NCBI GenBank assembly: GCA_050176585.1
Contig: JBFXHX010000018.1
Coordinates: 20,156 to 84,155, forward strand
Length of the DNA: 64,000 nucleotides
Source of the DNA: Candidatus Binatia bacterium
GTDB taxonomy: Bacteria; Desulfobacterota; Binatia; HRBIN30; CADEER01
Reading direction: 5' to 3'
Below, piece after piece: positions 58,059-64,000 of the stretch (its first letter is position 1; each line of letters opens with the position of its first letter). The notes under the pieces were generated by a model. That model was not told the DNA's origin, did no database searches, and worked only from the letters and a program-made list of their open reading frames with translations. The position numbers were made by a program, and so were the translations under genes.

Positions 58059-60509
58059 ATGCGCCGCTGTCTCCGTGCCCTCAGTCGGCCCGCACTCTGC
58101 GCGGCGTTGCTCCTCCTGCCCGCTGCCGCGACCGCCGCGATCGAGGGACCCGGCGCCCAGGACGTACGCCGCGCGCTGACGCTGCTCAACGTCGCCGCCG
58201 AGGAGTACCGGGAAGGCGTCGTCGACGGCCGGGTGGTGAATGAGCTGGAGTATGCCGAGGCGCGCGCGTTTCTCGACGAAGCGGAGTCGCGCCTGCGCAG
58301 CGCCGCGCCGGACGCCACTGCCAATGCGACGGCCTTTGCCGCTGCGCGCGCGCTGATCGCGGAGAAGCAGCCCGCCGCGCAGGTCCGCGAGCAGCTCGCG
58401 GCGCTGAGCGCGGCCATCAGCGCCAGCACGGGCGTGAGCGAGCCGGTCTGGCCGCCCGCACCGCCGTCCGCCTCGCGCGGCCGCGCGCTGTTCTCGGAGA
58501 GCTGCGCCGCTTGTCACGGCGAGCGGGGCGATGGTCGCGGACCGACCGCGTCGATGCTCGTCCCCCCGCCGGCCAATTTCGCCGACCCGGCGTTCATGCA
58601 GAACGAGACTCCCTTCGATTTCTTCCATGTCATCACGCTCGGCCGGAGCAGGTCGGCGATGCCGGCGTGGGGCGACGTGCTGTCGCTGCAAGAGCGTTGG
58701 GACCTGGTGAGCTTTCTCTGGACGGTGCACGGCGCGCCGGCGAACTGGAGCGAGGGGCAGGGCGTCTATCTCTCCGCCTGCGCCGGGTGCCACGGCTCCG
58801 CCGGCGCGGGCGATGGCGCCTACCGTGAGGTGCTGCGGTCGCCGATGCGCGCTTTGAACGACCCCGCCACGTTGGCCCGCACCACCGATGCGGAGCTGTA
58901 CGCACTGGTCGCCGATGGACGACCGGGCACCGCGATGCCGGGTTTCGCCGGCCGCTTGAGCGAAGCGCAGATGCGGTCCGCCGTCGCGTACGCGCGGCTG
59001 TTGTCGCTCGGCGGCGACGATGGGGCGCGCGCCCTCGCCGCCGACGAAGGCGCCGTGGTGCGCTACACCGGTCTGCTCCGGCTACTCGCGGACGAGTACG
59101 GCGCCGCGGTGCCCGCCGGCGGTACCCCCGATCCGCAGGGGCTGATCGAGAGCGAAGTCCTGCTCGGCCAGGTGACGGCGCAGGCGCCGCGTGTGCAGAG
59201 CGCGCTCGCGGCGCGCGACGCCGCGGCGGGGCGCGAGCTCGAGACCGCGGTGCAGCAGCTCGCGCGGCTGATCCAGGCCCGCGGGCCGGGCAGGGAGGTA
59301 AGCGCGGCGGCTGCGCGCGGCGCCGCACTGCTAGAGGCGCAGTTCCCGGCGGCCGCCGCGGCGCCGGTCTCGTCGCCCGACGCGCTCGCCGAAACGAGCC
59401 GCATGTTAGAGCAGGCGTTGGCGGCGTACCGCGCCGGCAACCAACGTGCCGTGTACATCGCGTCCGATGCGTATTTCATCTTCGATCCGCTGGAGAAGAC
59501 CCTCGCCCTGTCGGATCAGGCATTGGCCCTGCGCCTGGAGGGGCGCTTCGGGGAGCTGCGCGCGGTCATGAGCCAACCCGGCGGCGAAGCCGAAGCCGCC
59601 GCGCTGGTCGCCGCCATGCAGGCCGATCTCACCGTGGCGCGCGAGGCCATGGCACCGCGCGCCGCCGGAGCGGCCAACGCGGCGTTCCAGGCCGCGTTCA
59701 TCATCGTGCGCGAAGGGTTCGAGGTCGTGCTGATCGTGGGCGCGCTCCTCACCTACGCGGCCAAGACGGGCATGATCTCGCTGCGGGCGCCGATCCTATG
59801 GGGCGGCGCGGGCGGTGTGGTCGCGAGCTTGGTCACGGCGTACGCGCTCGTGCGGTTGTTTCAGGCCAGCGGCGCCGCCGCCGAGGTCATCGAAGGCGCG
59901 ACGATGCTGCTGGCGGCTGCCGTGTTGTTCTTCGTCAGCTACTGGCTGATCTCCAAAGCGGAGGCGGAGCGCTGGCAGCGATACATCCAGGGCAAGGTCA
60001 AATCCGCGATCGCCCGCGGCAATCTCCTTGCGCTCGCCGGCGCTTCGTTTCTCGCCGTGTACCGCGAGGGCGTCGAAACCGTGCTCTTCTACAAGGCGCT
60101 GATCGCGTCGTCGCCCGGCCAGCTCCCCGCGATCGCGGGCGGGTTTGCGGGCGGCGCGGCAGCGCTCGCCGTCATTTACGCGCTCTATCAGCGCATCGGG
60201 CGCCGGGTGCCGATGCGCCCGTTCTTCCTCGCCACCGGCGTGCTGCTCTACTACCTGGCGGTGGTGTTCGCCGGCAAAGGCATCGCCGAGTTGCAAGGAG
60301 GCGGGGTCGCGTCGACGACGCCGGTGGCCTGGGTGCCGCGCATCGAGGCACTCGGGCTCTATCCGACGATCGAAACGCTTGCCGCACAGGGTCTGCTGCT
60401 CCTGTGCGCGCTGGTCGCGCTCGTCGTCGCCCTGCGGCGCGCGCGCCGCTCCTCCGCGGCTGCAGACCTCGCCCTGGACAGCGCGTCGCCCGGCGGCGCG
60501 CCGCTTTGA
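58059..60509 (+). CDS. Dihaem cytochrome c domain fused to an FTR1/EfeU-family high-affinity iron permease
   Basis: Signal peptide. Two CxxCH sites (CAACH, CAGCH) and an Ala-rich helical middle region. Then a polytopic domain with two REGxE motifs (REGFEVVLIVGAL, YREGVETVLFYKAL). Confidence 0.8.
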   Translation: MRRCLRALSRPALCAALLLLPAAATAAIEGPGAQDVRRALTLLNVAAEEYREGVVDGRVVNELEYAEARAFLDEAESRLRSAAPDATANATAFAAARALIAEKQPAAQVREQLAALSAAISASTGVSEPVWPPAPPSASRGRALFSESCAACHGERGDGRGPTASMLVPPPANFADPAFMQNETPFDFFHVITLGRSRSAMPAWGDVLSLQERWDLVSFLWTVHGAPANWSEGQGVYLSACAGCHGSAGAGDGAYREVLRSPMRALNDPATLARTTDAELYALVADGRPGTAMPGFAGRLSEAQMRSAVAYARLLSLGGDDGARALAADEGAVVRYTGLLRLLADEYGAAVPAGGTPDPQGLIESEVLLGQVTAQAPRVQSALAARDAAAGRELETAVQQLARLIQARGPGREVSAAAARGAALLEAQFPAAAAAPVSSPDALAETSRMLEQALAAYRAGNQRAVYIASDAYFIFDPLEKTLALSDQALALRLEGRFGELRAVMSQPGGEAEAAALVAAMQADLTVAREAMAPRAAGAANAAFQAAFIIVREGFEVVLIVGALLTYAAKTGMISLRAPILWGGAGGVVASLVTAYALVRLFQASGAAAEVIEGATMLLAAAVLFFVSYWLISKAEAERWQRYIQGKVKSAIARGNLLALAGASFLAVYREGVETVLFYKALIASSPGQLPAIAGGFAGGAAALAVIYALYQRIGRRVPMRPFFLATGVLLYYLAVVFAGKGIAELQGGGVASTTPVAWVPRIEALGLYPTIETLAAQGLLLLCALVALVVALRRARRSSAAADLALDSASPGGAPL

Positions 60510-60549
60510 GGCGGCCGGCTTCCCCGGCACCGCGGCCGCGCGCGGTCGA

Positions 60550-60747
60550 AACCTCGAGAGCCCGGAGCGGACCGAATCGCTCGCGGCACTCCCGCGCCGC
60601 CCCGACCGCGCGGGCCGCGGCCGCGTCGTCCGCGACGACGATCACCTGCAGCACCGTGCCCGTCACTGGCGTTCCGGTGCGGAACCTCGCCGCCGGCGCG
60701 GCGGACGCGACGAGGACGAGCGCGCTCGCCAGGTGGCGGCCCCGCAG
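60550..60747 (-). pseudogene. Possible inverted 5' fragment of an ApbE (FAD:protein FMN transferase) gene
   Basis: The minus-strand translation …RGRHLASALVLVASAAPAARFRTGTPVTGTVLQVIVVADDAAAARAVGAARECRERF… looks like an ApbE signal peptide plus N-terminal (M)GT…I.V block. Codons are GC3-rich. There is no canonical start upstream of the signal-like part, and the frame runs into the permease gene. Confidence 0.35.
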
Positions 60748-60794
60748 GCGAGCCTCGTCCGCTTGGAAGCGCGCGCGGGTCAGGGGCCAATGGT

Positions 60795-61169
60795 TTGAGC
60801 GATGTCCTCGCCGCCGCGCTGCGCTGCATGCGGGAGCTCTCGGCCGCGACCGGCGGCGCTTTCGATCCGGCGGCCGGACCGCTCGTCGACCGCTGCCGCC
60901 GACCGGAGCCGCCGGCGACGCCGCCCGCGATCACCGCCGCCCACCGCATCATCGACCCGCGCACTGGCGCGCCCGTCTTCGGCGCCCGGTTGACGACCGT
61001 GCGCGGGCGATGCGACGACGGCGGAAGCATAGTCGAAGCAGCTCATCGTGCTCGGGCGCGAGGGTTTGTCCGCGGCTGCCGCACAACGGGGCCGCCGCCA
61101 TGTTGGTCGCAGCGATGCATGGAACGCACGGGAGATTTCGACGTCGAGCGGCTCGGTGCGAGCGTGTAA
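60795..61169 (+). pseudogene. Decayed ApbE-family gene remnant (internal deletion, frameshifts, in-frame stop)
   Basis: LRCMRELSAATGGAFDPAAGPLVD and HRIIDPRTGAPV lie only about 25 codons apart. Another frame continues GDATTAEA-TAG(61030-61032)-SKQLIVLGREGLSAAAAQRG (compare ApbE …ADALSTALFVLG.E.GL…). Further pieces lie in the third frame. Confidence 0.6.
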
Positions 61170-61414
61170 GCGAGTGAAGAGCGTTCGCTGTTGGGCGCCT
61201 GTTTCGGTCGGAAAATCTTGGCGGCCGCCCGCCTGCTCGTATCCGACAGTGTAACGCGCACAGCCCAACGCCTTTCAGCGCACCCGTCGTTCGCCCCGAT
61301 CCGGGCGATCGCACGTCGCGCTGCGCGGGCGCGGTGTTGTTCTTGACGGACGCCTCGCGCGGTGGGACAGATTCGCGCAGCGCCGGTGCTGCGAATCTCG
61401 CAGAGGAGGCTCGC

Positions 61415-62038
61415 ATGAAGCGCTTCGCAGTTGTTCCGTTCACTATGGCGGCTGCAATCGCGGTGATCGGCCCCCGCACTCCGGTCTCCGCTCAGCCGAG
61501 TCCAACGACCCCGGTTCAGCCGACCGCGACGGCATCGGCTCCGGCCACGGCGACGACATCGCCTCAGCCGACCGTGACGACATCGGCGCAACCCACGCCG
61601 ACGACCACGCCAGCCGCGGCGTGTAAGGGCCAAGCGCGCATTCTCGCCAACATCCGCGGCGTGAATGTCCGCACCATCGATGAAAAGAGCTGCGTCCAGC
61701 AGAAGAACTGCGCCGATGAGAAGCACTGCAAGGTGCTCTCGGAGGATCCGGACGGCGGCGGCCCCTTGCCGGTGACCAGCTGGTGTGGGTGTCCAGGAGA
61801 GAAGGCGCCGCCCAAGGAGTGCACGACCCTCATCGTGCCCGATCCGAATCCGAAGCGGCCCGACCACGTGCGCTGTGAGGGCACGTGCCCAGGTGCCCAG
61901 AAATGCTGCCCGCGGTGGGTCGGTGCGGAAGGAACGGGCAAAGGCGCGGACCGCGGCTTTTGCGAATGCAGTTGCGCGGACCTCAGCGCGGGCAAGTGCC
62001 CGGCTTCCGGAGCGCCCGTCGCAGACGCTTGCGACTAG
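61415..62038 (+). CDS. Secreted cysteine-rich hypothetical protein (16 Cys) with a Pro/Thr linker
   Basis: GAGGAGG SD before ATG 61415. Signal peptide MKRFAVVPFTMAAAIAVIGPRTPVSAQ, a PT-rich linker, then a 135-aa domain with 16 Cys by my count. Confidence 0.7.
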   Translation: MKRFAVVPFTMAAAIAVIGPRTPVSAQPSPTTPVQPTATASAPATATTSPQPTVTTSAQPTPTTTPAAACKGQARILANIRGVNVRTIDEKSCVQQKNCADEKHCKVLSEDPDGGGPLPVTSWCGCPGEKAPPKECTTLIVPDPNPKRPDHVRCEGTCPGAQKCCPRWVGAEGTGKGADRGFCECSCADLSAGKCPASGAPVADACD

Positions 62039-62104
62039 CTGCGGCCGCGCGGCGAAGCGGTCGTGAGCGCGTCCGACCGCCGCCCCGCTACTCGGCGCGC
62101 CTCG

Positions 62105-62734
62105 TCACCTGTTCGCCGGCGCTAGCGCTTTCTGCATGGCGGGTCGCGCGTTGAGCCGGGCGAGATAGGCCTGCTGATTTGGCGACTCCTCGCCGATCAC
62201 ATGGAACCACTTCGCCAGCTGCACGGTGTAGCCCATCATGATGTCCGCGGCCGTGAACTCGCGCCCGCACAGGTAGTGCCTGCCGGCGAGCGCGCCCTCG
62301 ACCACCGCCATACTCGCGCGGGCGCGCGCGATCGCATCGGGCACCAATGCGGCGATGCGCTCGGCTTCCGGCTTCAGCACGGAATGCTGGGCCAGATCGG
62401 AGAGCGGCGGCAACGCCGTGGCTTCGGCGTAGTGGAACCATTGCAGAAAGGTGGCGCGCTCGGGCGAGTCGGGGGCGGGTGCCAAGCGACCGTCGCCGTA
62501 GCGTTCGAGAAGGTACTCCAGGATCGCACCCGATTCGTGCATGAGCACGTCGCCGTCGCGCAGCGCCGGCACTCTGCCGAGCGGATGGATCTGCCGGTAG
62601 CGCTCGCTCTGCAGACCGGTTGGCCCGAGCGCCAGCACCTCGAGCTGGTAGGGCAGGGCGAGCTCCTCGAGCAGCCAGAGCACGCGCAGCGAACGGCTCT
62701 GCGGATAGTGGTACAGCGTGATCATTCGCATCAT
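62105..62734 (-). CDS. Glutathione S-transferase family protein
   Basis: N-terminal thioredoxin-like GST fold (…SRSLRVLWLLEEL…PLGRVPALRDGDVLMHESGAILEYL) and a C-terminal helical domain. Confidence 0.9.
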   Translation of the reverse strand: MMRMITLYHYPQSRSLRVLWLLEELALPYQLEVLALGPTGLQSERYRQIHPLGRVPALRDGDVLMHESGAILEYLLERYGDGRLAPAPDSPERATFLQWFHYAEATALPPLSDLAQHSVLKPEAERIAALVPDAIARARASMAVVEGALAGRHYLCGREFTAADIMMGYTVQLAKWFHVIGEESPNQQAYLARLNARPAMQKALAPANR

Positions 62735-62804
62735 CTCCTCATCGGCGCTCCAGTGGGTGCGCCACCGGATGCGGTCACTAACCCGGCCGCTGCGCTCGCG
62801 CCAG

Positions 62805-64000
62805 TCAGCGCGCGCCGCGTGCGCGCCGCGCGCCCTGCGGCGGGGCGGCGTGCTCGGGCGCAGCGAGCGCAGCGGTCAAGCGATCGAGCGCCGCCGCATC
62901 GGCGCCGGGCAACGCGTCGGCGAGGGCGGCGCGCCACGCGGCGGTGGGGCTCGCGGGCAAGCGATCCAGCTCGCCGTACAGCGCGGTGTCGATGCGCCGG
63001 AGGGCGGCGCGCAGGCTCTCGAGGGAGTGCGCTGTCGGGGTGGGCTCAGCCGCGCGCTGGACCGCCTTCGCCATCTCGATGAGCTCGGCAAAAACCGCCG
63101 CCGCGCGCGCCGGAGCCGACGGCGCCTGTGCTCGCGCCCGCTCGAGCACGCGCGCCTCCTGCCCGCGGTCCTCGATCGGCAGCCCGGCGGCGCGTTTTGC
63201 CGCCGCGACATCGGGCATGAGCGCCAGGCGGAGCCGGATGAGCGCTGCGACCGCCTGGCGCGCGGCGGCGGCCGCGTCCAGGTGTGCATCGGCGCCGAGC
63301 CAACGCCGGCGCTCGGCGTCGAGCCATCCGTCCGCTTCGCGGTCTCTCAACCAATCGTCCATGCGCCGGGCCAGAGCGGAGCGCGCGGCGGGAACGAGAT
63401 ACGCTTTGTAATCGCGGGTGAACGGCCCGCGCGCCACGACGTCGGGTGCGAGCCAGGCGCTCAGCTCGGCGCTGTCGGTTACCGCCGCGTCGGCGTCCCC
63501 GCGGCGCAGCGCCGCGGGGACGGCCTGATTGTCGGCGATCGGCGTGATCGCGGCGCGCGCAAAGCGGCGTCGCGCGACGGCTTCCAGGTGCCCGCCTGCA
63601 TTGACCGCGATGCGCACGCCCGCGCGGTCGAGGTCGTCGATGTCGGCGAAGCGCGCAGCGTCGGACGCGCGCACCAGCACCATCGCGCCGCTGGTGGCGT
63701 ATGGGCGCGTGAATGCGCCCACCATCGCGCGATCGGCCCGCATCGTGATGCCGCTCATCGCGACGTCGAAGGAGGCCGCCGCGGTCGCCGTGCCGAGCTC
63801 GGGCCAGGCGAGGCGCACCCACTCCACCCGCACGCCGAGATCGCGCGCGAGCCGCTCGGCGACGGCGATGTCGAGACCGGCGCGGCGGCCGTCCGCGGCG
63901 GTCACACTGAACGGCGCGTAATCGCCGCTGGTCGCGACCCGCAGCGACGGAACTTCCGCCGCAAGCACGACGAGCGGCAGCGCCGCGGCGACCAGGAGCG
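62805..64000 (-). CDS. Periplasmic family-3 solute-binding / cyclohexadienyl-dehydratase-like domain fused to an AroQ chorismate mutase domain (5' end outside window)
   Basis: LRVATSGDYAPFS… SBP_bac_3/PheC-like N-domain, then …LIRLRLALMPDVAAAKRAAGLPIEDRGQEARVLER…AELIEMAKAVQ, typical of AroQ chorismate mutase. A signal-like LLVAAALPLVVLAA sits at the window edge. Confidence 0.7.
   Translation of the reverse strand, partial: LLVAAALPLVVLAAEVPSLRVATSGDYAPFSVTAADGRRAGLDIAVAERLARDLGVRVEWVRLAWPELGTATAAASFDVAMSGITMRADRAMVGAFTRPYATSGAMVLVRASDAARFADIDDLDRAGVRIAVNAGGHLEAVARRRFARAAITPIADNQAVPAALRRGDADAAVTDSAELSAWLAPDVVARGPFTRDYKAYLVPAARSALARRMDDWLRDREADGWLDAERRRWLGADAHLDAAAAARQAVAALIRLRLALMPDVAAAKRAAGLPIEDRGQEARVLERARAQAPSAPARAAAVFAELIEMAKAVQRAAEPTPTAHSLESLRAALRRIDTALYGELDRLPASPTAAWRAALADALPGADAAALDRLTAALAAPEHAAPPQGARRARGAR

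Noticed and set aside
59798-61177. 459-aa plus-strand ORF and several 160-245-aa ORFs overlapping the 3' end of the permease gene and the ApbE remnant
   Set aside because: Their translations are extremely Arg-rich with no motifs. They overlap the REGxE-containing permease frame. I used them only as a guide to frames when reading the ApbE fragments.

Overview
This is a very GC-rich bacterial chromosomal segment. Third codon positions are almost all G/C, so every frame carries long spurious ORFs. I called genes only where I could recognise a protein family, a signal peptide, or a sensible start/SD context.

About 60 genes are supported. The dominant feature is a complete, tightly coupled type II secretion cluster, gspC-D-E-F-G-H-I-J-K-L-M-N (40145-53361).

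The remaining genes are mostly housekeeping or envelope functions:
- Competence and lipid trafficking: comEC/comEA, MlaC-like and MlaA-like genes, and a DUF1302-like outer-membrane protein.
- Core metabolism: rpoD, inositol-3-phosphate synthase, a giant NAD-glutamate dehydrogenase, a Zn-ADH, an SDR, a NUDIX hydrolase, a GST, a GNAT, a RumA-like RNA methyltransferase, an IMPase-family protein and a GDPD.
- Cell wall and translation: two M23 peptidases, mltG and an ABC-F ATPase.
- Fe-S and iron: erpA/iscA, sufT, and fur followed by a Fur box and a dihaem-cytochrome-c/FTR1 iron permease.
- Others: a tandem Usp and a lipase-maturation-factor-like protein.

I found no rRNA, tRNA, CRISPR array, transposase, integrase, prophage or recognisable defence system.

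The parts I cannot explain with known families, in order of interest:
- A tandem pair of secreted six-cysteine paralogues (13359-15556), with a possibly leaderless mini-ORF behind a perfect TATAAT.
- Two unusual additions to the GspD secretin: a 103-aa half-glycine insert and a roughly 210-aa C-terminal extension.
- Several secreted proteins of unknown family: one with a C-terminal anchor, a 16-Cys protein, and a TSP3-repeat protein.
- A frameshifted LMW phosphatase gene.
- A decayed ApbE gene that may also be inverted.

I do not see a clear-cut novel multi-gene system. The candidates above are hypotheses that need database and structure searches I cannot run here.
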